Of a stretch of DNA of 64,000 bases, positions 29,293-39,002 are shown piece by piece; positions within the stretch are counted from its first letter, which is position 1; every line of letters starts with the position of its first letter. The DNA lies in NCBI GenBank assembly GCA_964012435.1, contig CAXGSM010000005.1, positions 1 through 64,000 of the forward strand, in the 5' to 3' direction. The notes under the pieces are model-generated. The model saw only the letters and a list, made by a program, of their open reading frames with translations. It did not search any database and was not told where the DNA came from. Both the position numbers and the translations under genes were made by a program. Source of the stretch: an uncultured bacterium. GTDB taxonomy: Bacteria > UBP7 > UBA6624.

Positions 29293-30153
29293 TTGTTTAT
29301 TGGTAAGAATATTAGTGAAACTGTTAAGTTGGCAAGAGAAGCATTTGAATCAAAGGGAATTGATTCGCCTTGGCTTGATGCGGAAATCCTTTTAGCAAAT
29401 TCTCTTAATTTAACAAGAGAGGAGATACTGACTAAAGGCAATGACTCATTCCCTAATGAAAATTATAAAAAATGGCAAGATGTTGTTTTGAGAAGAATGA
29501 ATAGAGAGCCTATAGACAGGATATTGGGTAAAAAAAGATTTAGAAAGCTAGATTTCAATGTGATTCCAGATGTTTTTTCACCTAGGCCTGAAACTGAAGA
29601 AGTTTTAAGTCGTGCATTAGAGCGCATCCCTGAAAATGGGCGTTTTTTGGATCTTTGTTGTGGTACTGGATGTATTGGGATCAGCATTGCTAATGAAAGA
29701 AATTGTTCAGGAGTCTTATGTGATATCGATCTTAAAGCCGTATCTCATGCTAAAAAAGAAAAGAAAAGGTTAACGCCAAATGCTAATTTAAAGATTGTTC
29801 AAAGTGATCTTTTTGAAAATATAGAGGAGAAATTTGATTTGATTGTTTCAAATCCGCCTTATATATCTACAAAAGAAAAAAAATCATTACCTCCCGAGGT
29901 GATTAATTTTGACCCTTTGGGTTCCCTGTTTTGTGGCCTGGATGGCTTGCATGTATGCAAGTTAATTATCGAACAGGCTCCCAAGTATCTTAATAAAAAT
30001 GGTTGGCTTTTGATTGAGTTTGGTTTTTGTCAGAAGGAAAATATTTCCAATTTGTTTTCCCCGGATTGGACAAATGTTAAGCAACGAAAACCATGGGGGG
30101 CACCACGTTCAGAAAAAGATTTTTTTGTAGAAGCTCAATGGAGCCCATCATGA
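29293..30153 (+). CDS. prmC: Release factor glutamine methyltransferase
   Basis: PRPETE, DLCCGTG, SNPPY; follows prfA. Confidence 0.93.
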   Translation: MFIGKNISETVKLAREAFESKGIDSPWLDAEILLANSLNLTREEILTKGNDSFPNENYKKWQDVVLRRMNREPIDRILGKKRFRKLDFNVIPDVFSPRPETEEVLSRALERIPENGRFLDLCCGTGCIGISIANERNCSGVLCDIDLKAVSHAKKEKKRLTPNANLKIVQSDLFENIEEKFDLIVSNPPYISTKEKKSLPPEVINFDPLGSLFCGLDGLHVCKLIIEQAPKYLNKNGWLLIEFGFCQKENISNLFSPDWTNVKQRKPWGAPRSEKDFFVEAQWSPS

Positions 30154-30899
30154 CTGTAATTCACCCTCCCAGAAATCCATTATTTGAAGCAGCCAGGATG
30201 TTGGAGTGGGGTGTCATTTTGCTTGAAACTGAAACTGTTTTTGGAATTGCTGCTAAGCCAAAAAACATCAACAAAATCTTTGAAATAAAATCAAGAGATT
30301 ACAGCAAGCCTTTATCGTGGGTTTTTCCACCAAAATCTGATTTTATCGATGGCCGTTTTCAACCAAAGGATTATGAAACTTTTGACTTTTGTTGGGAGTG
30401 TTCAAGTCTTCATCAAGAGATTTTTGACCACCTCCTTACGGCCCAATCATCGATAACAACTGTTATTCCAGGAAATTCAAAACAGAAACAATGTTTACCT
30501 CCAGCATCTTCAGAAATGGGAATCGGAATAAGGTTTGGAAACTTTGGATTAAACCAATTGGCTCACCTTGCAGGACCTTACCTCTTAACAAGTGCTAACA
30601 AGTCTGGTAGCCAATCACCCAAGATGATAGAAGAGATTGACGAGTCGATCCTCTCTAAAGTAGTTGGTTTCTATAATCTCAATGATGTAGTAATTGATAA
30701 TGACATTACGCTTTGGGAAGAAGGCGAGAAAGACGATTGGTTTATCCAGCAGTTAAGCAAATACCATAAAGTTTTAAATGGAGAGCCTTCTCCTGTGGTT
30801 TTGCTATCTGGCAATACAATTAAAACATTAAGGGGTAAAGTTTCGGTAGGTATTCAGCAAGACATGACCAAAGCTTTTTCTAATTTGAAATTTATATGA
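30150..30899 (+). CDS. tsaC: Threonylcarbamoyl-AMP synthase (YrdC/Sua5 family), divergent
   Basis: TETVFGI, IKSR..KPL, TSANKSG; ATGA overlap with prmC. Confidence 0.75.
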   Translation: MTVIHPPRNPLFEAARMLEWGVILLETETVFGIAAKPKNINKIFEIKSRDYSKPLSWVFPPKSDFIDGRFQPKDYETFDFCWECSSLHQEIFDHLLTAQSSITTVIPGNSKQKQCLPPASSEMGIGIRFGNFGLNQLAHLAGPYLLTSANKSGSQSPKMIEEIDESILSKVVGFYNLNDVVIDNDITLWEEGEKDDWFIQQLSKYHKVLNGEPSPVVLLSGNTIKTLRGKVSVGIQQDMTKAFSNLKFI

Positions 30900-31471
30900 A
30901 AGCTTTTAAAGCATTTTTTGAAAAATATTCTGTTTGGTTTGTTTCACTTGGTTTTCCAGGTTTGTTTTTATGGGCCTTCTTTGAAGCTATTTTTTTTCCT
31001 TTGCCACCTGATATCGGTTTGATTTTATTTGTGAAGGATAATCCTGAAATTTGGATTAATCTTGCTGTTATTGCAACTGTTGGTAGCGCTTCTGGTGCAA
31101 TGGTAGGTTGGTTGATTGGCTCTGTTTTTAAGAAAAAATTAGAAATCAAATTTGCCAAAAATGTTAAATACCAAAAGATAAAAGATAATTTGCTTAAATA
31201 CGGTGGTGAAGCAATTGTATTTGCTGGCTTTACCCCTTTGCCATATAAATTATTTGCTATCACTTCTGGAATGATAGGCCTACCATTGAAAACGTTGTTT
31301 TGGTCCTCTATTATAGGTAGGGGAGCAAGGTTTGTTCTCGTTGGCTATATTACGGCAAAATTCAAAGATGGTATGGATGGCTTTTGGTCAAGTCCATCTG
31401 GTTTGATTTGGGTTGTTGTGATGATGGGGTTATTGTTTGTTTTTGCTCGCAAAAAAATCCATAAAAATTAA
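30896..31471 (+). CDS. YqaA/DedA (VTT domain) membrane protein
   Basis: EAIFFPLPPD, GFTPLPYK, GRGARF. Confidence 0.88.
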   Translation: MKAFKAFFEKYSVWFVSLGFPGLFLWAFFEAIFFPLPPDIGLILFVKDNPEIWINLAVIATVGSASGAMVGWLIGSVFKKKLEIKFAKNVKYQKIKDNLLKYGGEAIVFAGFTPLPYKLFAITSGMIGLPLKTLFWSSIIGRGARFVLVGYITAKFKDGMDGFWSSPSGLIWVVVMMGLLFVFARKKIHKN

Positions 31472-31523
31472 AAGAAAATCGATTGCCTTTGGTTATATTT
31501 AAATTAGGATAAAACTTAAACTA

Positions 31524-31928
31524 ATGCAAGACACTTTTTTAATAGTAAAACCAACAGCTTTTAAAGCTGGATCAGCAGCAGAAATTTTAATGATGGTTGA
31601 AAGAAATGGATTTGAGATTATTAAGAAAAAAGTATCTTTTATACCTGAAAAAGTAGCAAAAAAACATTATGAAGAACATTCAGAAAAGCCTTTTTTTGCA
31701 GGGCTTATCGAGTTTATTACAAGTGGAGAGGTCATGCTTGTCCATTTAAGAAAAGAGAATGCAATTTCTGATTTGAGAAATTTGATGGGAAATACAAATC
31801 CCGATAAAGCAGGGCATGGCACAATAAGAAAACTTTTTGGAAGTTCTATGACCGCAAACGCAGTGCATGGATCGGATTCTGAAAACTCAGCAAAAAGAGA
31901 ACTGGAAATTTTTTCCGATTTGTTTTGA
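31524..31928 (+). CDS. ndk: Nucleoside diphosphate kinase
   Basis: HYEEH..KPFF, GTIR, NAVHGSDS. Confidence 0.96.
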   Translation: MQDTFLIVKPTAFKAGSAAEILMMVERNGFEIIKKKVSFIPEKVAKKHYEEHSEKPFFAGLIEFITSGEVMLVHLRKENAISDLRNLMGNTNPDKAGHGTIRKLFGSSMTANAVHGSDSENSAKRELEIFSDLF

Positions 31929-31967
31929 TTTTTCTATAAAAAAAGTACACTTTTTTCAAAAAAAGAC

Positions 31968-31996
31968 TTGAAAAAATGCATTAAACGGCATATACT
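31968..31996 (+). promoter_or_regulatory. Sigma70-type promoter of the nrdB-nrdA-dcd operon
   Basis: TTGAAA (31968-31973), 17-nt spacer, TATACT (31991-31996). Confidence 0.75.
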
Positions 31997-32002
31997 TTCA
32001 AT

Positions 32003-32097
32003 TACCCAATAGCTCTCCTCGCCCTCCGCGGAGAGAAGAAAGAAATAACTACCTAACGGGTTAGTTGTGCAACTTTCTATCTGGAGCTTATTGGGTG
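32003..32097 (+). ncRNA. Candidate structured leader or small RNA upstream of nrdB
   Basis: 5' ACCCAATAGCTCT pairs with 3' GGAGCTTATTGGGT (13 bp, one bulge), enclosing two internal hairpins; starts at the predicted TSS. Confidence 0.5.
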
Positions 32098-32106
32098 TTT
32101 TTAATT

Positions 32107-33192
32107 ATGGCAAAAATTTATAAAATTGGCAATAAGGATTTCCTCCTGGATGAAGCAAAAGCTAAGGAGGTTTATTCTGCTAAAAAAGTTATCAATGGGC
32201 ATGAAACAATGACCTTTAACCTTCTGCCATTGAAGTACACATGGGCTTATGACATTTACAGAAACATGAAGGCAAACCATTGGGAGCCTGAAGATATATC
32301 AATGCAAAAAGACATTGAGCAGTGGAAATCGCAAGATTTTTTAAGTGATAACGAAAGATGGATCATCATGATGGGTATCGGTTATTTTTCTGCTGCAGAA
32401 GGTATTGTTGGTGACAATATTCTTCATGTTGTTAGAGAAAATGTGACTGCTCCTGAGCTTAAGCTTGTTTTGGGAAGGCATACGCATGAGGAAAACATTC
32501 ATGCCGACAGTCTGCTTTACATGATCAGCTCACTAGGGATTAATCCTCATGAATGTGAAGCCATGTTTGAGCAGATAGGAACGATTAAAAGAAAAAATTC
32601 TTTTGTTACAAAAGTGTCACAATCCCTTAGAAGGGATTTGGATTTAACTAAAACAGAGAACAAACAACTTTTTGCTAAAAATTTATTTGTTTTTGGACAA
32701 TGCATGGAAGGAACTCAGTTCTATGGCCTGTTTGGAATGATCCTTAGCCTTTATAGGCAAAATAAGTTTCCAGGAATTGGTCAAATGTTCAGATATACGC
32801 TTAGGGATGAATCCAATCATATTGAATTGTTGAGGAATTTATTCATGGATTTGATTTCAGAAAATCCTGACATCTGGACTGCTGATTTCAAAGAGGAGCT
32901 CCGATCCCTGATGGGAGAGGCAATCCGCCTTGAAAAGGAATTTATAGATGACTGTCTGCCCGTTAGCTCAATTGGTTTAAGTCCAGATGAGTTTAAACAG
33001 TACATTGACTATATTGCTAATCGTCGTTTGAGCAGTTGTGGTCTGGAAGAGTTAACACCAGGGATAAAAAATCCTCTCCCATGGCTAGCAGAACTGATGG
33101 ACATTAAAAAAGAACAAAACTTCTTTGAAGGAAGGGTTACAGAGTATCAAAAAGCATCATCATTAGAAACCGTCGATGATGATGAGCTTTAA
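32107..33192 (+). CDS. nrdB: Ribonucleotide reductase small subunit, class Ic-like (R2c)
   Basis: HWEPEDI, FSAAEG, EENIHADSL, MEGTQFY, DESNH, NFFEGRVTEY. Confidence 0.93.
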   Translation: MAKIYKIGNKDFLLDEAKAKEVYSAKKVINGHETMTFNLLPLKYTWAYDIYRNMKANHWEPEDISMQKDIEQWKSQDFLSDNERWIIMMGIGYFSAAEGIVGDNILHVVRENVTAPELKLVLGRHTHEENIHADSLLYMISSLGINPHECEAMFEQIGTIKRKNSFVTKVSQSLRRDLDLTKTENKQLFAKNLFVFGQCMEGTQFYGLFGMILSLYRQNKFPGIGQMFRYTLRDESNHIELLRNLFMDLISENPDIWTADFKEELRSLMGEAIRLEKEFIDDCLPVSSIGLSPDEFKQYIDYIANRRLSSCGLEELTPGIKNPLPWLAELMDIKKEQNFFEGRVTEYQKASSLETVDDDEL

Positions 33193-33211
33193 TTTTTTAT
33201 GGAGATGAATT

Positions 33212-36200
33212 ATGGGAAAGAATATATTTGAAGAAGATCAGCATTTAGAGAAAATGATCTCTATGGGCAAAGATGAGAAGCCAAATTTTGATTGGTCAGA
33301 GCTATTCAAAGAAGAGGATGCAAAAATTCCCTATGCTCTAGTTATTAAAGACGGTAAAGAGGAAGCTTTTAACCTGGCCGAAGTTGCCAAAACCATTGGG
33401 GGGGCTTTGACAGATTTACTCTTGTCCAAACAGGAAAAAGATATTTTCAATGAGCAAAATAAAACTTTTGTTTTAAATGTAGTTGATCTTGTCTCTTCAA
33501 AATTAGCTAAAAAAATTAAAGACAAAAAATCTTTAAAACTGACAAAAAGGGAAGTTTCATTGTTGGTTGAAAAGGTATTGATAGAAAGAGATGCACACGA
33601 TGTGGCCAGAAGTTTAGTTTTTAAAAGATCTTTAAGTAACCCAAATCGCGTTAATGATTTTTCAGGCAAGGTTAAACTTATAAGAAGAAATGGTCAGGTT
33701 GTTCCATGGAATGGAAGAAAAATTGAAAGTGCTGTAAGAAAAGCTTTTCTATCAATGCAGCTAGATTCCAGCTCCGCTGTTGATATTGCCAAATCTGTTA
33801 CAGCTATTGTGATGGAAAGGTCGCAAGAGTTCATGGCAATAGAAGATGTTCAGGATTTAGTTCAGCAAGAGCTAATGCGTAAAGGCCATTACAAAGTAGC
33901 TGAAGCATACATTCTTTATCGTGCTGAGAGAAGATTTGCACGTACTTCACCAGGGGAAGAGAAAGACGAACAACTCGCTCTTGTCTCAGTTGTGAGAAAT
34001 GACGGTTCTACTTTTTTCTGGGATGGTGAGGATTTGAGATTGAGAATCAAGTTTGCCTCAATAGGGCTTGACTTGATGATGACTGAAGATGAAGTTGAAA
34101 GTGAATTAAGGAGATCTATTTTTTCAAACATGACAATGGAAGATTTAAAAAAGACGATTGTCTTGAACGCCAAAGCATTAATAGAAAAAGATTCAGGTTT
34201 CAACAAATTTGCTGGCAGAATTCTTTTGACTTACATCTATGAAGAGGTTTTAGGTTGGGACATTGTTAAAGATGGAGTCGGACAGCTTAAGAAGTTCCAT
34301 GAAATTGCCTTTAAGAGAAACCTGAAAAGAGCTATAGAAATTGAAAGAATAAATCCTAAAATGTTAAATTATGACCTTGATAAACTGGCTTCTTTTATAG
34401 ATCCTTCTTCTGATTTAGGTTTTGATTATTTGGGAATTCAGACCCTGTATGACCGTTATTTAATTATCGATAAAACTCAAGCTTTACACAAAAGACTTGA
34501 GTGTCCTCAGTTGTTCTGGATGAGAGTTTCGATGGGTTTGTTCTTAGAGGATGAAAATCGGGAAGAAAATGTTGTTCAACTTTATAAGATGTATAAAAGT
34601 AGAAGATTTTGCTCATCAACTCCAACGTTATTTAACTCAGGCACTTTACATTCTCAACTTTCTTCTTGTTACCTTTATAAGGTTGATGATGACCTTAAAT
34701 CAATTATGGAAAGGGGCATCGCTGAAAATGCTTATTTATCCAAATGGGCTGGAGGCCTTGGCGGCAGTTGGACAGCTGTTAGGGGAATGGGTTCTTACAT
34801 CAAGGGTACAAACGGAGAAAGTCAGGGTGTAATTCCATTTTTAAAACTCCATAATGATCAACTTGTTGCTGTTAATCAGGGTGGGAAAAGGAAAGGTTCC
34901 GGATGTGCATACCTGGAAAGCTGGCATAGTGATATCTTTGATTTCTTGGACCTAAGAAAGAATACTGGTGATGAACGAAGGAGAACTCATGATTTGAATA
35001 CCGCAAATTGGATTCCAGATTTGTTTATGAAAAGAATGGAGGCACGTGAAACATGGACACTTTTTCACAGTAATGAAACCCCGGAATTGCATGATTTGTA
35101 TGGTTCTGATTTTGAGAAAAAATATACTGAGTATGAAAACTTAGCCAAAGAAGGGAAGATTTTTAGCGAAAAGATTCCAGCATTAGATCTTTGGAAAAAG
35201 ATGTTGACAATGCTTTTTGAGACCGGTCATCCATGGATTACCTTTAAAGATGCTTGCAATATGCGTAATCCTCAAGACCATGTTGGAGTAATACACAGTT
35301 CCAATCTTTGTACTGAAATCACACTCAATACTGGTGCTGATGAAACGGCTGTTTGCAATCTTGGCTCAGTTGTTTTGGAAAACCATCTTGATTTAGAAGG
35401 AAATCTTGATAGGAAAAAATTGAGAGAAACAATCAGGATAGCGATAAGAGCTCTTGATAATGTTATTGATATTAATTTTTATCCAACTACACCAGCTTCA
35501 AACTCCAACAATAGGCATCGCCCTATTGGACTTGGGGTAATGGGTTTGCAGAATTCTTTATACATGAAGGACATTGCTTTTGGTTCTGAGGAAGCTGTGG
35601 ACTTCAATGATGAGTTCATGGAGGCAATAGCTTATTATGCGTATGAAGCATCAAGTGATTTGTCCGAAGAAAGAGGCAGTTACTCTAGTTTTAAAGGTTC
35701 AAAATGGTCTAGGGGAATTATGCCGATAGACAGTTTAGAAAGTTTGGAAAAAGAGCGTAATGTCAAAATTGATGTGCCGCGTTCTAAGTCTATGAACTGG
35801 GATGAATTAAGAAAAAAGATTAAAAAGCAAGGAATGAGAAACAGTAATGTTTTGGCCATTGCCCCAACTGCAACAATCTCAAATATCATGGGTAGCTCCC
35901 CATGCATCGAGCCAACATACAAAAACCTTTTCGTTAAGAGTAATCTTTCTGGAGACTTTATTAGTTTAAATCAGTTTCTCGTTAATGATCTGAAAGATTT
36001 GAACCTATGGGATCAAGAGATGCTCGATCAATTAAAATATTTTGATGGAGAGCTTGAGGATATTGCTGAGATTCCTCAAGACATTAAAGACAAATACAAA
36101 ACAGCTTTTTCAATTAGTCATGAGTACTTGATTGATGCAGCTGCAAGAAGGCAAAAATGGATAGATCAGTCACAGTCAGTTAATTTGTTTTTGGCAAAAC

Positions 36201-36424
36201 CGGAATTAAAAACACTTTCACATATGTATAGGCGCGCTTGGCATACAGGTTTAAAAACAACTTATTATTTAAGAACACTTGGAGCTTCAGATATTGAAAA
36301 GGCGACAATTGACGTCAAAAAGGAAGTTAGAGGCGTTGTTTCAGGAGAGCAAGATTCACAACCACAAAGCGCATGCAGCATTGATGCTTGGATGAATGGT
36401 GAAGAATGTGAATCTTGTCAGTGA
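33212..36424 (+). CDS. nrdA: Class I ribonucleotide reductase large subunit with three ATP-cone-like repeats
   Basis: STPTLFN, LSSCY, SNLCTEI, VCNLGS, APTAT, TTYYLR, C-terminal CESCQ; 1070 aa. Confidence 0.96.
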   Translation: MGKNIFEEDQHLEKMISMGKDEKPNFDWSELFKEEDAKIPYALVIKDGKEEAFNLAEVAKTIGGALTDLLLSKQEKDIFNEQNKTFVLNVVDLVSSKLAKKIKDKKSLKLTKREVSLLVEKVLIERDAHDVARSLVFKRSLSNPNRVNDFSGKVKLIRRNGQVVPWNGRKIESAVRKAFLSMQLDSSSAVDIAKSVTAIVMERSQEFMAIEDVQDLVQQELMRKGHYKVAEAYILYRAERRFARTSPGEEKDEQLALVSVVRNDGSTFFWDGEDLRLRIKFASIGLDLMMTEDEVESELRRSIFSNMTMEDLKKTIVLNAKALIEKDSGFNKFAGRILLTYIYEEVLGWDIVKDGVGQLKKFHEIAFKRNLKRAIEIERINPKMLNYDLDKLASFIDPSSDLGFDYLGIQTLYDRYLIIDKTQALHKRLECPQLFWMRVSMGLFLEDENREENVVQLYKMYKSRRFCSSTPTLFNSGTLHSQLSSCYLYKVDDDLKSIMERGIAENAYLSKWAGGLGGSWTAVRGMGSYIKGTNGESQGVIPFLKLHNDQLVAVNQGGKRKGSGCAYLESWHSDIFDFLDLRKNTGDERRRTHDLNTANWIPDLFMKRMEARETWTLFHSNETPELHDLYGSDFEKKYTEYENLAKEGKIFSEKIPALDLWKKMLTMLFETGHPWITFKDACNMRNPQDHVGVIHSSNLCTEITLNTGADETAVCNLGSVVLENHLDLEGNLDRKKLRETIRIAIRALDNVIDINFYPTTPASNSNNRHRPIGLGVMGLQNSLYMKDIAFGSEEAVDFNDEFMEAIAYYAYEASSDLSEERGSYSSFKGSKWSRGIMPIDSLESLEKERNVKIDVPRSKSMNWDELRKKIKKQGMRNSNVLAIAPTATISNIMGSSPCIEPTYKNLFVKSNLSGDFISLNQFLVNDLKDLNLWDQEMLDQLKYFDGELEDIAEIPQDIKDKYKTAFSISHEYLIDAAARRQKWIDQSQSVNLFLAKPELKTLSHMYRRAWHTGLKTTYYLRTLGASDIEKATIDVKKEVRGVVSGEQDSQPQSACSIDAWMNGEECESCQ

Positions 36425-36430
36425 TGTTTA

Positions 36431-36997
36431 ATGTCAGTAAAATCTGATTCTTGGATTAAAAAAATGGCTACTGATCATGACATGATCAGTCCTTTTTCCC
36501 CTCATCAAATTAGAGAGGAAAAAGGTAAAAAGGTAGTATCTTACGGACTTTCATCTTATGGCTACGATATTAGAGTAGCCGATGAATTCAAAATATTTAC
36601 AAATATACATTCAAAAGAAATTGATCCAAAAGAAATTAAAAAAGATTGTTTCGTTGAGGTTAAAGCAGATGATATTCTTGTTCCGCCCAATTCTTTTGCG
36701 CTCGCAAGAACTGTTGAGTACTTCAAAATACCGAGACGAGTTATAACATTATGTGTTGGTAAGTCAACATATGCAAGATGCGGAATCATTGTCAATGTAA
36801 CACCATTTGAACCAGAATGGGAGGGTTATGTAACGCTGGAAATCAGCAATACTACACCATTGCCAGCACGCATTTATGCAAACCAGGGAATTGCTCAGGT
36901 TTTATTCTTTGAAAGTGATCAGGAATGTGAGGTTTCCTACAAAGATCGAAGCGGTAAGTACCAATCCCAAACTGGTATAACCTTACCTAGCGTTTAG
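36431..36997 (+). CDS. dcd: dCTP deaminase
   Basis: [28 protein letters not shown]. Confidence 0.96.
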   Translation: MSVKSDSWIKKMATDHDMISPFSPHQIREEKGKKVVSYGLSSYGYDIRVADEFKIFTNIHSKEIDPKEIKKDCFVEVKADDILVPPNSFALARTVEYFKIPRRVITLCVGKSTYARCGIIVNVTPFEPEWEGYVTLEISNTTPLPARIYANQGIAQVLFFESDQECEVSYKDRSGKYQSQTGITLPSV

Positions 36998-37037
36998 TTT
37001 TTTAGTCGCTACATTTTTTACCTATAGGAGGATATAT

Positions 37038-37505
37038 ATGATAAATAAAGTTATATTGTTAGGAAGGCTTGGTGGAGATGCGGAAGTGTCACATTATGAC
37101 AGTGGTAGATCTCAGGCGAAATTCAGCATGGTAACTTCTCGTAGATTCAAAACTAAAGATGGAGAAGATCGAGAGGACTCCCAGTGGCACAATGTGATCA
37201 TCTGGGGCAATGCAGATAGATTAGATTACATTCCTGAAGTTTTCAAAAAAGGAAAAATGGTTTATGTTGAAGGTATGGTCAAGTATAGAGCATATGAACC
37301 TGAACCAGGAAACAAAAGATATTTCACTGATATAGATGCTAGTTGGCCTCATGGTGTATTGAAGGTTGTTTCTTCACAGAATTCAGAGAATTCAATGCAG
37401 TCTACTCAGAATGCTGGAGGTTCTACGTCCACTCCCCCACAGGAGATTGATGTCGAAAAAGATATTCCAACTGTTGATTTCGGCGATTTACCACCAGTGG
37501 AGTAA
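37038..37505 (+). CDS. ssb: Single-stranded DNA-binding protein
   Basis: NKVILLGRLG, WHNV, KGKMVYVEG; AGGAGG RBS. Confidence 0.93.
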   Translation: MINKVILLGRLGGDAEVSHYDSGRSQAKFSMVTSRRFKTKDGEDREDSQWHNVIIWGNADRLDYIPEVFKKGKMVYVEGMVKYRAYEPEPGNKRYFTDIDASWPHGVLKVVSSQNSENSMQSTQNAGGSTSTPPQEIDVEKDIPTVDFGDLPPVE

Positions 37506-37973
37506 ATGATCGATTTGATCCAGGAAATTGGCGATAATTTAAAATCGCAAAATATGATGATATCAACAGCCGAATCTCTGACTGGAGGCTTGCTTAGTTC
37601 AAAATTTTGCGAGATTCCGGGTTCTTCCGAATGGTTTGCAGGAGGAATGATATGCTATAAAAATGAGATTAAGGAGATGCTGGGTGTTGAAAAATCATTT
37701 ATTGAAACGAATGGAGTTGTAAATTGCAAAACAGCATATGCTCTTGCAAAAAACATTGCATTAAAATTCAATACTGAAATAGGTGTTTCTTTAACTGGTA
37801 TTGCGGGACCATCAACGGATTTAAAGAATACACCAATAGGAACAGTTCATATAGGTTTTTATTCAGAGGAAGATTCTGAATGTAGAAAATTTTGCTTCAG
37901 TGGAACAAGAAACCAAATTAGGGAAAAGTCTGTCAAGGAAGCAATTAATATGATTTTAAACAAAATTAAATAA
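37506..37973 (+). CDS. cinA: CinA C-terminal domain protein (NMN deamidase, PncC family)
   Basis: AESLTGG, PGSS, TGIAGP; directly upstream of recA. Confidence 0.88.
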   Translation: MIDLIQEIGDNLKSQNMMISTAESLTGGLLSSKFCEIPGSSEWFAGGMICYKNEIKEMLGVEKSFIETNGVVNCKTAYALAKNIALKFNTEIGVSLTGIAGPSTDLKNTPIGTVHIGFYSEEDSECRKFCFSGTRNQIREKSVKEAINMILNKIK

Positions 37974-37984
37974 GGAGAAGTAAA

Positions 37985-38998
37985 ATGGCAAAATCACCAA
38001 AAAAGAAAAATAAAAAAATCGGAGAGTTGGAACGAGTTGTTAACCAAATAGAAACCAAGTACGGAGAAGGTTCATTGATGAGGCTTGGTTCTAAACCTAT
38101 TGCTGATATCCCGGCTGTTTCCACCGGTTCTTTACAATTAGATTACATTCTTGGAATCGGAGGTATTCCATGCGGAAGGATCATTGAGATTTTTGGTCCA
38201 GAAGCTGGTGGGAAAACGACTTTGGCATTGGAGATAGTTGCAGCCGGTCAAAAATTAGGCAAAGAAATTGTTTACATTGATGCTGAAAATGCTCTTGATC
38301 CCAAATATGCTCGTGCAATTGGGGTCGATGTCGATAACATGTTTCTTAGTCAACCTGATACTGCGGAAGCGTGTTTGGAAATCTGCGATGAAGTTATTAG
38401 ATCAGGTGAGGTTGGGGTTGTTGTTATAGACAGTGTAGCTGCAATGGTTCCCAAGGCAGAACTAGATGGAAAAATAGGAGACAAGCATGTAGGTCTTCAG
38501 GCTAGGTTAATGTCTCAAGCATTACGTCGAATTGCAGGTGCAGCCGCTAAAAATAATACTGTTGTTATCTTTATAAATCAGATTAGAGAAAAGATTGGAA
38601 TCATGTTTGGTAACCCTGAAACAACACCAGGTGGAAGAGCATTAAAGTTTTTTTCTTCTGTCAGAATAGACATTAGAAAAGCAAAGTCTATTGTTGAGGG
38701 AGATGAGATTATTGGCTCTACTCATCGAGCACGAGTTGTAAAAAACAAGGTAGCTCCACCTTTCAAGACTGCTGAATTTCCATTGCGTTATGGTTATGGA
38801 ATCTGGAGTGAAGCAGAATTGATAGAGCTCGGAACGCATTACAAGTTAATTCAAAAATCAGGTTCTTGGTATAACGCTAAAGACGGTTCCATTACACTTG
38901 GTCAAGGTTTGCGTAAAGCAGCAAACTACCTTAATGAAGACTTGGAGCTGAAAGAAGAAATCATTGCTACATTAAAGGAAAAACTAGGGATTAAATAA
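37985..38998 (+). CDS. recA: Recombinase A
   Basis: GPEAGGKTT, DSVAA, QARLMSQALR, FINQIR, PGGRALKF. Confidence 0.98.
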   Translation: MAKSPKKKNKKIGELERVVNQIETKYGEGSLMRLGSKPIADIPAVSTGSLQLDYILGIGGIPCGRIIEIFGPEAGGKTTLALEIVAAGQKLGKEIVYIDAENALDPKYARAIGVDVDNMFLSQPDTAEACLEICDEVIRSGEVGVVVIDSVAAMVPKAELDGKIGDKHVGLQARLMSQALRRIAGAAAKNNTVVIFINQIREKIGIMFGNPETTPGGRALKFFSSVRIDIRKAKSIVEGDEIIGSTHRARVVKNKVAPPFKTAEFPLRYGYGIWSEAELIELGTHYKLIQKSGSWYNAKDGSITLGQGLRKAANYLNEDLELKEEIIATLKEKLGIK

Positions 38999-39002
38999 AA
39001 TT

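Noticed and set aside
32003..32097. Known riboswitch, SRP RNA or NrdR box upstream of nrdB
   Set aside because: No B12-box, purine riboswitch loop-loop motifs, SRP helix-8 motif or NrdR palindrome that I can recognise, so it is reported as an unknown structure.
33212..38998. Inteins or introns in nrdA or recA
   Set aside because: Catalytic motifs are contiguous. The extra NrdA length is explained by N-terminal cones, and RecA is normal length.
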